Shown here: in pieces, positions 19,736 to 29,180 of the stretch
Numbering within the stretch: position 1 is the stretch's first letter
How the letters are laid out: each line of letters starts with the position of its first letter
Source: Paramicrosporidium saccamoebae KSL3
Lineage: Eukaryota > Fungi > Cryptomycota
Direction of reading: 5' to 3'
Assembly: GCA_002794465.1 (NCBI GenBank)
Contig: MTSL01000137.1
Coordinates: forward strand, 23,310-55,309
DNA length: 32,000 bases
Position numbers and translations under genes: made by a program
Notes under the pieces: generated by a model
What the model saw: only the letters and a program-made list of their open reading frames with translations
Databases searched by the model: none
What the model was told of the DNA's origin: nothing

Positions 19736-20638
19736 TTATTCAAGTTTCCATTTTAGTAGCTTGCCAAATTCAAAGTGTTGGACAACAGGAAATTTGTGCA
19801 TTACCTCTTCTCTATACATTTTAAACAATCCACGGTTAATACGCCTCCAATCGGGAATCGCACTAATGTCGTGGAGCATTGGAGAATATTCCCCAAAATG
19901 TCGACCCTTTTTAATTGAAATGATGAAATCAATTGCCTGGAGATAGAGGTACTCGTCCTTGTGGCTCAACAGGACGGTTGGATTGGTGGCCGCTGATGGG
20001 ACTATTTGAGTTTGCCCGACGAGTTGGGCACTGCCAAAGAGAAAAGGGATGAACTGGTAGTCATCCAACCCCCAGACCCCATGACTGCCGGCCGGCTCCA
20101 ATGAATAACAGATCTGAAGCCTCCGTACCAATTTCAAGTACCGCGTAACTACCGAGAGACCCAATGCGACGTAGTCATCCTGGGACAAAGTTGTGGCCTG
20201 ATCAATTGAAGCCAGAAATCCAAGAAAGGACAGCTCATGGCCCGTTCCGTAGTCAATACGAACGGGATTGCCCACCGAGCCCAATAAATAACATGTTAGC
20301 TCCCCGACAGTGTCGCTGGACAGTTTGGCTCGAGTCGCCAACTCGGCCACCAATGGAGCTAGTTTTGCTTGAAGAGTGGCAAAATAGGCTCGGAATGCGG
20401 GGTTTCCGTATCTTTGATTACCCATCTCATTGGGAGGATTTTGGTCGATAAATCGGTCCATGTGATTCAGCAGAGTGGAAATGCACTCGTCCAGCTGTGT
20501 AGAGGGTGACTGGGACAACTTCTTCTCCATGATTGCTGTATTAACCTTTGAGATGAGGGACAGGACTGCATCATATGCTGGCGACGACTTCCAGGCGTCC
20601 AAGTCGGTATTGTGGAGGATTCTGCGGGCCGTGGACAT
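19736..20638 (-). CDS. PTPA: Phosphotyrosyl phosphatase activator (PP2A activator, Rrd1/Rrd2 family)
   Basis: RYGNPAFR, GNPVRIDYGTGHEL, LEPAGSHGVWGLDDYQF, KFPVVQHF. Confidence 0.97.
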   Translation of the reverse strand: MSTARRILHNTDLDAWKSSPAYDAVLSLISKVNTAIMEKKLSQSPSTQLDECISTLLNHMDRFIDQNPPNEMGNQRYGNPAFRAYFATLQAKLAPLVAELATRAKLSSDTVGELTCYLLGSVGNPVRIDYGTGHELSFLGFLASIDQATTLSQDDYVALGLSVVTRYLKLVRRLQICYSLEPAGSHGVWGLDDYQFIPFLFGSAQLVGQTQIVPSAATNPTVLLSHKDEYLYLQAIDFIISIKKGRHFGEYSPMLHDISAIPDWRRINRGLFKMYREEVMHKFPVVQHFEFGKLLKWKLE

Positions 20639-20714
20639 GTAAATTTATAGATTATTCGTTGTTAACGGGGAGTTGTTAAGATTTTATAGATTATCCAATG
20701 TTAATTGTGATGAT

Positions 20715-20777
20715 ATGTGAGATGTGGAATGTGGAATGCGGAATGTGAGATGTGAGATGTGGAATGTGGAATGTGAA
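20715..20777. repeat. 7-nt microsatellite x9 (atgtgga/atgtgag)
   Basis: Nine contiguous 7-nt units between the divergent PTPA and eIF5B genes. Confidence 0.92.
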
Positions 20778-21135
20778 AAAGTGAAGAAGGAAACGTGAAT
20801 TGTGTGAGATAGTATACCTGTCACGCAGTGAGAAAGATGCCACAGACTAAATCAGACGGGAAGAAAAGTTCTTGTTCACCGCTGATCCAAAGGCCTATTT
20901 ATAGTCTCGTAAATAACGTACTAATCAAAAAATAATATGGATACTGATCTCACTGTCCCCAAATACCTAGCTAGTCAACCACATCGCCTACCTACGGACC
21001 AGGGATCCCAATAAAGAGTCTCATTACATAAAAGTCGTGGACATTAAGATTTTATAGATTATCCGTTGTTTATCAATTGTGAGACCCTGGCCACGCTCGT
21101 CTTCAAGCTGAAGTTCATCGTTGCAGTAGCAGGAA

Positions 21136-23544
21136 ATGGCGCCGCCCAAAGGTAAAGGAAATGCAGTGGCGCTCTCTGCGCTGAAGAATATGATGGCGGC
21201 GAAGCAGGCAGCGGAGGCCGAGCAGCAACGTCTGGAACAAGAGGAAGCTGCACGCATCGCCGAGGAAGAGCGAAAGGAGGAGGAACGATTGGCCGCAGAA
21301 GAAAAGGAGCGTGCAAAGCGGAAGGATGCGGAGCGAAAGAAGAAGGAGGAACTAAAGAAGGCGGGCAAACTTCTGACCAAGTCGGAGAAGGAAAGGGCAC
21401 AGCGAAACAAGCTAAAGCTGGAACAATTGCTGGGAGCAGCGCCGATGAAGATTGAAGGGGCTGCCGAGGGTGAAGAAGGCGGTAAGAAGAAAAAGCCCGT
21501 TTATGAGAGGAAGAAAAAGGTGCAAAAAACCCCCACGACAGATGTAGTGGAGCAAAAGATGGAAAGCGATCCTGAGGACGACGTGGTGGACGACTGGGAG
21601 AATGCGCTAACATCGAGTGACGGATCTGACAGCGATTCTGAGAGCGATGAAGATGCCACCACACCCATAAAGGAAGTTACGAAAAAGATGGAAAAGACAG
21701 AATTGACCGAGTCACAGAAAGTGACAAAACAGACTGATTTGAATAGTGTCAAGAAAACAACTGACAAGGATTTGCGCTCTCCAATTTGTTGTATTTTGGG
21801 GCATGTAGACACGGGAAAGACAAAGTTGTTGGACAAGATCCGTCAAACCAATGTGCAGGAGGGAGAGGCAGGAGGAATTACGCAACAGATTGGTGCAACA
21901 TATTTCCCCATTGAGGCGATTAAAGAAAAGACGGCGCACTTGGAGACGGGCGAGTTTTTGGTGCCAGGATTGCTGATCATTGATACGCCAGGCCACGAAT
22001 CGTTTACAAATCTGCGATCACGTGGGTCTTCATTGTGTAACATTGCCATTTTGGTGGTGGATATTATGCACGGATTGGAGCCGCAGACGCTGGAATCTTT
22101 GGGACTGCTAAAACAGCGCAAAACACCATTCATTGTAGCACTGAACAAGGTGGATCGTCTGTATGGATGGAAGAGTATGACAGGAGTGTCCTTTGAGGAT
22201 CTGTTGGAGAAGCAAGCGCCATCAGTCAAAGCCGAGTTTGAGGAGCGACTGAGTAAGACAATGTTGGCGTTTGCGGAACAGGGATTGAATGCAAAAGTTT
22301 CATTCCGAAATGATGATATGCGTCGCTGCGTGTCACTAGTACCGACATCAGCAATTACGGGCGACGGAGTGCCAGACATGTTATCATTGCTAATTAAATT
22401 GACGCAAAGTATGATGTCGGATAATCTGCGATATTTGTCGACGCTGCAATGCACCGTGTTGGAAGTCAAGATGATTGAGGGATTGGGGACAACGATTGAC
22501 GTAATTCTGTCAAACGGTGTTTTGCGTGAAGGCGACCGTATTGCCGTTTGTGGACTGAATGGGCCAATCGTCACAAACATTCGCGCATTACTGACCCCAC
22601 AGCCATTACGAGAGATGCGTGTCAAGTCCAATTATGTGCATCACAAACAAGTCAAGGCTGCCCTGGGAGTCAAGATCTGTGCTCAGGATTTGGACAAGGC
22701 TGTGGCAGGAAGTCCGCTCTTTGTCATTGGTCCCAATGACGATGAGGATGAAATTCGTGAATTGGTAATGGCGGATTTGGCGCAGATGCTCGAATCGGTG
22801 GATAAGAGCGGACACGGTGTCTGTGTGCAAGCCTCCACGTTGGGATCACTGGAGGCGCTACTGTCCTTCCTGAAGGACTCTAAAATTCCCGTTTCTGGAA
22901 TCAATATTGGCCCCATCCACAAGAAGGATGTTGTGCGAGCATCTGTCATGTTGGAGCAGGCCAAAGAGTTTGCAGTCATTCTTGCCTTTGATGTCAAGAT
23001 TGATCGTGACGTGCAAGAGTTGGCGGATGAGTTGGATGTGCGCATCTTCAAGGCTGACATTATTTACCATTTGTTTGATCAATTTACTGCCTACATGAAC
23101 GCTCTCGTTGAGCAGAAGCGCAAGGACATGGCCCCGGCTGCCGTCTTTCCCTGCGTGTTGCGCATTGTCCCTGGCTGCGTCTTTAATAAGCGTGAGCCCA
23201 TTATTCTTGGTGTTGATGTGGTGGACGGAGTTTTGCGCGTGGGCACTCCCCTGGCGGTTCCTGCTCAGGGCGGCATTTCCATTGGCCGAGTCACTTCCAT
23301 TGAAGCTAACCACAAGCCACTCCCCGAGGTGCGTCGAGGCGGTCCCTCCGTTGCCATCAAAATTGAGCACGCCTCCTATGAACCTGCCCGCATGGTTGGA
23401 CGTCATTTTGGCGAGAAGGACGAGTTGGTTAGCAAAATCAGTCGTGCCTCCATCGACGTCCTCAAAGAGAATTTCCGCAATGATCTGAACAAGGAGGATT
23501 GGGCATTGGTTGTCAAGCTGAAAAAGGTCTTTAATATCCAGTAA
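21136..23544 (+). CDS. FUN12: Translation initiation factor eIF5B
   Basis: Charged N-terminus; [29 protein letters not shown] and NKVD GTPase motifs; conserved C-terminus. Confidence 0.98.
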   Translation: MAPPKGKGNAVALSALKNMMAAKQAAEAEQQRLEQEEAARIAEEERKEEERLAAEEKERAKRKDAERKKKEELKKAGKLLTKSEKERAQRNKLKLEQLLGAAPMKIEGAAEGEEGGKKKKPVYERKKKVQKTPTTDVVEQKMESDPEDDVVDDWENALTSSDGSDSDSESDEDATTPIKEVTKKMEKTELTESQKVTKQTDLNSVKKTTDKDLRSPICCILGHVDTGKTKLLDKIRQTNVQEGEAGGITQQIGATYFPIEAIKEKTAHLETGEFLVPGLLIIDTPGHESFTNLRSRGSSLCNIAILVVDIMHGLEPQTLESLGLLKQRKTPFIVALNKVDRLYGWKSMTGVSFEDLLEKQAPSVKAEFEERLSKTMLAFAEQGLNAKVSFRNDDMRRCVSLVPTSAITGDGVPDMLSLLIKLTQSMMSDNLRYLSTLQCTVLEVKMIEGLGTTIDVILSNGVLREGDRIAVCGLNGPIVTNIRALLTPQPLREMRVKSNYVHHKQVKAALGVKICAQDLDKAVAGSPLFVIGPNDDEDEIRELVMADLAQMLESVDKSGHGVCVQASTLGSLEALLSFLKDSKIPVSGINIGPIHKKDVVRASVMLEQAKEFAVILAFDVKIDRDVQELADELDVRIFKADIIYHLFDQFTAYMNALVEQKRKDMAPAAVFPCVLRIVPGCVFNKREPIILGVDVVDGVLRVGTPLAVPAQGGISIGRVTSIEANHKPLPEVRRGGPSVAIKIEHASYEPARMVGRHFGEKDELVSKISRASIDVLKENFRNDLNKEDWALVVKLKKVFNIQ

Positions 23545-23644
23545 CCGTCTGGTGTAGATACTTTGAGACGTTGATGAACAAAAGTAATAAAGTCCAAGGA
23601 TTTGCGGCGATTTGTGGCGATATGGGGAAGGGATAGCATCATGT

Positions 23645-23751
23645 AGAGGGGAGACTATTCATTACGGAGAGGGAAGACTATTAATTACGGAGGGGAGACT
23701 ATTCACTCTGCAATTGTACTATTATGGAGAGGGAAGACTATTCACTCTGCA
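23645..23751. repeat. Degenerate 21-26 nt repeat x4 (ggagagggaagactatt core)
   Basis: Copies near 23645, 23666, 23689 and 23726, between convergent genes. Confidence 0.85.
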
Positions 23752-23876
23752 GGTGACCATTCTACTATTTAAATATCACCTGCTTTTTTATGCACTAACT
23801 CTTATTTGTACGCCAGCTTAACTCTTATATCTACACTTACTCAATTCTTGTTCATGCACCCACATATATGTTGTGT

Positions 23877-25277
23877 TTATAAAAGAATACAGAGAATTCC
23901 ACCAAATAACATGCACAGACCAAAAATATACAATATCAAGACGGTCGGATTGATCCTACCGGTGCTGCGTCGGAAAAAGAGTGCCGGTAGGAGTAATGTC
24001 ACTGGACCGCCGCATATCGAGCCGATCAGATCAAACACCTTGGCGGTGCTCTGGAATTGCGAACTTGTTATCAAACCAACGAGGATGATGGCCGCTCCTT
24101 GCAGGGCGTCGCTACCTGCAATACTGTTTGGGCGGAATGGGCCTAGTTTGCTGCATCCCCACTGGATAATTCCCCGAACCGGGATGATGATCAGCGGAAA
24201 CGACACTACATTGACCACGGCAATACTGAGCTGGCCGATGATGTAGGCGGGGCTGGATGGCTTGGCTGCCAGCATGTCACCGGTTATCTGCGGTCCGAAT
24301 TGCAAATATCCCGAAATGCCAATCAGCAGATAGAAAGTTGCGGCTGCACAGCTCGATGCGACAATGACCGACCGATTTCGCTCGGCTGTCGGTCTTTCCA
24401 GGTCTCGCGTTATGGTTGGCAGGGTAAAATGACAATTGAAGCTGAACAGGATCATGGAGAGACATCCAAAAGCTTCCTTCCATGTAGACTCGTAGTTGAA
24501 CCATTGCACTGTCGAAAAATCCCACGGGGAAGATAGTAGGAAATCAAACAATGCCAGTCCGGCCACATAAATCATCCCGAGCATCCCCAGACTGCTAAAC
24601 TGTGCCAATTTCTGTCCGTCCCGGATCCAGGACATGGGCCACAACACAAAGATTGACAGAAGAACCTCCACCACATGTTGTTCACCAGAGATGCCGCAAA
24701 AGTGGTACAAAAAGTTGACGAGATAGGCTGAGCTTAGTCGAATGTACACAATGATCGGCGCAAACATGACTGCTACCACGCAGATTACGGTGAAAAACTC
24801 TAGCTTTGGTCCGCCAAGGGCATTTGCTAGTTGCAGATAGTCTGTGGCACCGGTTCGTTGGCATGCAATCCCAAGAAATGTCAAACTCATCACAGTCAAA
24901 ACCATTGCAAGCGTAATGCCGATCAGCCCGCCTAAAAGTCCCAGTCGGAGGAAGCACAATGGCATGAACAATGCTCCCGCTCCTACGGCCGATTTTGCCA
25001 AACTGATTGTGGCCTCCCACAACGACATGGTGCCATGCGCGCTGTCCAGGTCATGTGGAGAACGCACCAGTTTGACCAAAGAATAGGCAGAATGTGTCTG
25101 TGGGGCGGCAAATGCTTTGTCATAGACAGAGTGTATCGGTGGATTAGCAGATGCTTGGGCGTAACTAGAGGGGGCCTGGGGATTGACCGAGACTGGGTCA
25201 TAAGTAGAGTGGGCCTGTGGATTGCCAGATATTTGGTCGTACGCAGAGAGTCGGTCGTAGGAATGCTTACTGTTCAT
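23877..25277 (-). CDS. Amino acid transporter, AVT/SLC38-like (Aa_trans family)
   Basis: SLWEATISLAKSAVGAGALFMP first-helix motif, SFNCHF, IGISGYLQFG, about 11 hydrophobic segments. The track start 25319 is TTG; the first in-frame ATG is 25277. Confidence 0.9.
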   Translation of the reverse strand: MNSKHSYDRLSAYDQISGNPQAHSTYDPVSVNPQAPSSYAQASANPPIHSVYDKAFAAPQTHSAYSLVKLVRSPHDLDSAHGTMSLWEATISLAKSAVGAGALFMPLCFLRLGLLGGLIGITLAMVLTVMSLTFLGIACQRTGATDYLQLANALGGPKLEFFTVICVVAVMFAPIIVYIRLSSAYLVNFLYHFCGISGEQHVVEVLLSIFVLWPMSWIRDGQKLAQFSSLGMLGMIYVAGLALFDFLLSSPWDFSTVQWFNYESTWKEAFGCLSMILFSFNCHFTLPTITRDLERPTAERNRSVIVASSCAAATFYLLIGISGYLQFGPQITGDMLAAKPSSPAYIIGQLSIAVVNVVSFPLIIIPVRGIIQWGCSKLGPFRPNSIAGSDALQGAAIILVGLITSSQFQSTAKVFDLIGSICGGPVTLLLPALFFRRSTGRINPTVLILYIFGLCMLFGGILCILL

Positions 25278-25428
25278 TGACGCGACTGCGATGCTGTTCC
25301 CTTTCCGGGCAAGGACCAATCATGCTAATGTTGCCTAATGTAGCAAGTCAAAGACATTACAATTATATGCACAAGTCAAAGTCGCACATCATGCGTCTAT
25401 TCGGTCCTTTACATTATACTTCAAATGT

Positions 25429-26136
25429 CTATTGCTGCCTTGTCCGTTGCATGTATGGATTCATTTTTATGTAATCCCGCACATCTGCGCCGTGGGCCGT
25501 CAGTTTCTGGACAAAAGAGGTCAATTCAACAAGGACCTTGTCATTTGCAAAGTCTACGTTGGGATCAGTCACCACATATTCCGGCAGTTGAAGTAAATTA
25601 TCCATGTGGGCTGAGAGCTTGTCAGCCGAATCGTCAATCATGATGGTCGTCTCTTCCGAGTATGCAGGAAATGCCTTCCAAACTTTTTCGAGATCCTTTT
25701 TAAATTTCGGCTTTACGTCATCGGTGCTCCTGATGACTTGGCATTCTTCCTGAGTCCAGAGAAACTGGAGAATGTTCGGGCCGGTTCCGACCTCCTGAGC
25801 TGTGGCCAGGTGATTCTTCATTGCAGCCTCGATGCTGGGACTGAGCATGCGTAGTTTTCCAGCGTCCAAAAGACCACCAAAGGTGCGCAGTACCATGGGG
25901 ACGGCATTTTTCGGCAGGGCCGAGGTCCAAACGGCCACCTCACCCAATTCGAACAGTTTGGCCAGGAACTGCCTCCTCTCGGGCCTGAAGAATATCTGGT
26001 TACCATTAACGGTGCAATCTGCGTCTCTGTAATCACAGTGCTCATGGGCGAGCCTTACTTCCCAGCTTTTGGTTAATCGGTGGAGTAGGGTCCCATTCAG
26101 GTCTAGAATGAACAGTAACCGACGAGGTGCGTTCAT
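25429..26136 (-). CDS. FCP1/NIF-like HAD-family protein (DLNGT variant)
   Basis: LLFILDLNGTLLHR, FFRP...FL, VAVWTSA, KKDLEKVW, TIMIDDS..K. Confidence 0.88.
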   Translation of the reverse strand: MNAPRRLLFILDLNGTLLHRLTKSWEVRLAHEHCDYRDADCTVNGNQIFFRPERRQFLAKLFELGEVAVWTSALPKNAVPMVLRTFGGLLDAGKLRMLSPSIEAAMKNHLATAQEVGTGPNILQFLWTQEECQVIRSTDDVKPKFKKDLEKVWKAFPAYSEETTIMIDDSADKLSAHMDNLLQLPEYVVTDPNVDFANDKVLVELTSFVQKLTAHGADVRDYIKMNPYMQRTRQQ

Positions 26137-26240
26137 CCCCTCACCCCGGAATAGCAGCTGGGAGAGATCTTATAGTGTGACCATTGCAAATGGAAAGTAA
26201 TTCCGTTGAATATGCGCGTGTATATTGATATTGACTCGTC

Positions 26241-27500
26241 ATGTCGTTTAAACACGAAATGGCAAAACTTGCAAGGGATATTTCTTATTCGTCATCCATG
26301 ACTGCTACTTTGGTGTTCACTCCAGTAGATAATGCAGATATCGTGCTGTTTCTCCGTGCACTGCAATTGCATAACTCTTCAAATTTGACTATTGTGGAAG
26401 ATTTGAAGCAACATGACAAGCTAGAGGTGACAACCAAGGAGGCAGTCTTGTCGACCCGAAAAGCAGTTCTAGTAGCGCTCGCTGGAATAGCTGCATCTCC
26501 CGACCTGCTGGGTGTCTCCAAGGACGAGAAAATTCTCGTTGAACAGTGGCTTGACTTTGCTTGCAACGTGGTTCGTCCCGAAATAATGGCCACCCGTGAT
26601 GTGGAAGAGCAAGTCTTTCGACCTCTCCACACTGAACTCGCCCGGAAAACTTTTATTGCCTGTGGAACGAGTCCTTCGATTGCCGATTGGGCGCTCTTTT
26701 CGCTTCTGTTTCCGAAAGTCAAAGGAATGACTCCGTCCATTGCCTCGAAATACTACCGCCTTGTCCGATGGCTCTCTTATTTGCAGCACCTTTTGATAAC
26801 CACTGGACAGGTGGAAACCAGAGGGGACAAGGACGTGTCTGCCTTTGTTCCGGCCACTTTTGATACAAGTGCCATTAAAGCTGCCCTCGACGGAGTGGCA
26901 ATTAGCGTCAAGCCCAAAGAAGCTGCACCTGCCAAAAAGGAGAAAAAGGGTGCCGAGAAGAAGGCCGAGAAAACCGAAAAGACCGAAAAGGTTGATATAA
27001 AAGATATGCACCCATTTGCTCGCGTTGATTTACGGGTTGGAAAAATTGTCAAGGTTGAGAAGCATCCAAATGCAGATCGTTTATATGTTGAACATGTAGA
27101 TTTGGGCGAAGCAGAACCGCGTGTGGTTGTTTCTGGGTTGGTGGAACATGTGCCGATTGAAGAATTGCAAGATCGTCTCTGCGTGTTCATTTGCAATCTG
27201 AAGCCTGCAACCCTCTGCAAAGTCCTGTCCAGTGCCATGCTACTAGTTGCCAAGGATGAAGCCGGTCTGCTTGAACCATTAATCCCCCCAGCCGGATGTG
27301 TTGCCGGTGATCGCATCTCTATCGATGGAGTCACTCCCCAACCGGACCAAGTGATCAAGCCAAAGGAGACCACTTGGGAATCTGTCCGGACATTGTTGGC
27401 AATGACTGACGGAATTGCCCATTACGAGTCTTCTCCTCTGATTGCTGGAGGAAAGGGAAGTATTACCAGTACCAAAGTCTCTTCTGGAATCATTAGCTAA
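26241..27500 (+). CDS. ARC1: Aminoacyl-tRNA synthetase cofactor Arc1 (GST-like + tRNA-binding OB fold)
   Basis: QWLDF...SIADWALF...LVRWLSYLQ GST-like region; Lys-rich linker; VDLRVGKI...HPNADRLYVEHVDLGE...VVSGL...NLKP OB domain. Confidence 0.9.
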   Translation: MSFKHEMAKLARDISYSSSMTATLVFTPVDNADIVLFLRALQLHNSSNLTIVEDLKQHDKLEVTTKEAVLSTRKAVLVALAGIAASPDLLGVSKDEKILVEQWLDFACNVVRPEIMATRDVEEQVFRPLHTELARKTFIACGTSPSIADWALFSLLFPKVKGMTPSIASKYYRLVRWLSYLQHLLITTGQVETRGDKDVSAFVPATFDTSAIKAALDGVAISVKPKEAAPAKKEKKGAEKKAEKTEKTEKVDIKDMHPFARVDLRVGKIVKVEKHPNADRLYVEHVDLGEAEPRVVVSGLVEHVPIEELQDRLCVFICNLKPATLCKVLSSAMLLVAKDEAGLLEPLIPPAGCVAGDRISIDGVTPQPDQVIKPKETTWESVRTLLAMTDGIAHYESSPLIAGGKGSITSTKVSSGIIS

Positions 27501-27728
27501 ACTAGAACCAATAATTCATAGTGTATTGTGTATGGCGCGTTATGTGTGGTCTGTGATACAAAATCGATCGATCCTCAACTCGACTGGACCCTCCACTCGG
27601 CTCGACTGGGATTGTGTTTGCAAAGTTGGTGGCAATGACCTTTCTGGTCTGGCTTCTGGCCTGGTTGCCATCACCTCAGAGTAAATACCATTTATCCCTG
27701 GTTCGTGGATATACTCTCTCACAACGTA

Positions 27729-28915
27729 ATGCCCATTACGGGAGCATTGTCTATTCGGTTGGTTTCGGTGGACTCTTGGGAATACCGGACTGACTCGTTG
27801 AACAATGAGAGATTTGTCGTACAATGCAAAATGTGCGTTCTTAATGTGTAGGTGTTCCGGATTAGCCTTCAGGATAGTACTGGAGCGGAGTGGAATGTTT
27901 ATCGGCGCTACTCGGACTTTCAGCCCTTTGATGTGCAGGTCCGAAAAATCCTCCCCAATCTCAATGTCGCCCTTCCCGCCCGGGAAATGCTGCGTCCACT
28001 TGCTGGGATGCTGGGATGGAAGACTTCGGAGCCAAGTGCCGAGTTTCTCGATTTGAGGCGAAAAGGGTTGGATGAGTATGTCAGGAGAATTCTTGCCGTT
28101 GCCGGCGGCAACAGGACAGCGCTATGGAATCATCCGGTGGTATTGACATTCTTTGATATCCCGTCGGTGGTACAGCGGAGTTCACCGGCGTCAGTGCTGA
28201 ACTGTCCGGTGCCATTTGGGGAGTGGGAGATGGAGCTGGAGAAGGCAGAGACATTGCTGGCAGAGGCTCTAAATACCAAAGAACGGGCCGAAAATACGGC
28301 TTCCCGAGGCCACGATACATCCAATTACATGAAGCACCTGAAACGACAGATATCCACGACGAGAAAACTGACTGAAAAGCTACAGATGGCATTGGATTTT
28401 TATGCACGAGTCGACAAGGTGGACGATGACCGTCTTTCGGAATTGACCAAAAAGTTTCAGCTTTTTGCTGGCCAGGTAGAGTTGCTTATTGCCGAGTCTG
28501 ATTCCAATGCATCCTCCTCTACTATTCCCTGCAAGTACCATTCTGGTATGTCTAATTGTAGATCCTCGGGCGAGTCGTCCAGATCCGGACCGATCGCAAG
28601 GACACCAGTAAGGGTCTCTAGCTTGAATTCTACCGTAAAATCCACTCCGCCAAAAAAGAGGCCTGACGAGTCACTGCTGGATAGCCAAATTTCTGCCATT
28701 AAATCCCAGGATTCCCAATTATCAGAATTGTCATCCATCATCCAAAGACACAAGAGTCTTGGCGAGACTATTGGACACGAGATTGGTAAGATTGATCGAG
28801 AAATGTCTCATTGCGTCTAGAGGAGCAGAATAGGCTTTTGGATGACTTGGATCTCAAAGTTGATATAGCACAGACTAAACTGAATACTGCGAATCGACGT
28901 GTAAAAAGAGTGTAG
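27729..28915 (+). CDS. VAM7: PX-domain Qc-SNARE, Vam7-like; join(27729..27818,27852..28785,28821..28915)
   Basis: PX motif WNVYRRYSDF; the spliced C-terminus gives SNARE motif QDSQLSELSSIIQRHKSLGETIGHEI-EEQNRLLDDLDLKVD...; no TM anchor. The spliced N-terminus reads MPITGALSIRLVSVDSWEYRTDSLNNERFV-VFRISL. Confidence 0.9.
27819..27851 (+). other. 33-nt intron (VAM7 intron 1)
   Basis: gtacaa...tcttaatgtgtag, phase 0, removes an in-frame TAG. Confidence 0.8.
28786..28820 (+). other. 35-nt intron (VAM7 intron 2)
   Basis: gtaaga...ctcat.tgcgtctag; removal completes the SNARE heptads. Confidence 0.88.
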
Positions 28916-29057
28916 ATAAACTGTTATAATAAGGAGAGCGAAATGGGCGCGATCAAATGAGCAGATGTAAAAGTGTGGAATTTTCAGAATGTAACTATTA
29001 TGATGTATTTATGTGCCATAATTATCATCGTGAAACTAATTCAGCGGTACTTGAGAT

Positions 29058-29126
29058 GATCAATCCAGCAATGGTCAATCCAGCGACGATCAATCCAGCG
29101 ACGGTTAATCTAGCGATGGTCAGTCC
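29058..29126. repeat. 15-nt tandem repeat x4.6
   Basis: gRtcaatccagcgaY units at 29058, 29073, 29088, 29103 and 29118 (partial), between convergent genes. Confidence 0.88.
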
Positions 29127-29180
29127 TCACTCAGACAGTGCACAGTTTATCTAATAAAGCAGAGATCATTTCCGTGTAGG

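Noticed and set aside
23612-23821. 69-aa ORF with YGEGRL repeats
   Set aside because: It starts at GTG, derives from a non-triplet-length intergenic repeat, and lies between convergent 3' ends.
28957-29154. 65-aa ORF with (V/I)NPA(T/M) repeats
   Set aside because: It is short, wedged between two convergent stop codons, and explained by the 15-nt repeat; no other coding support.
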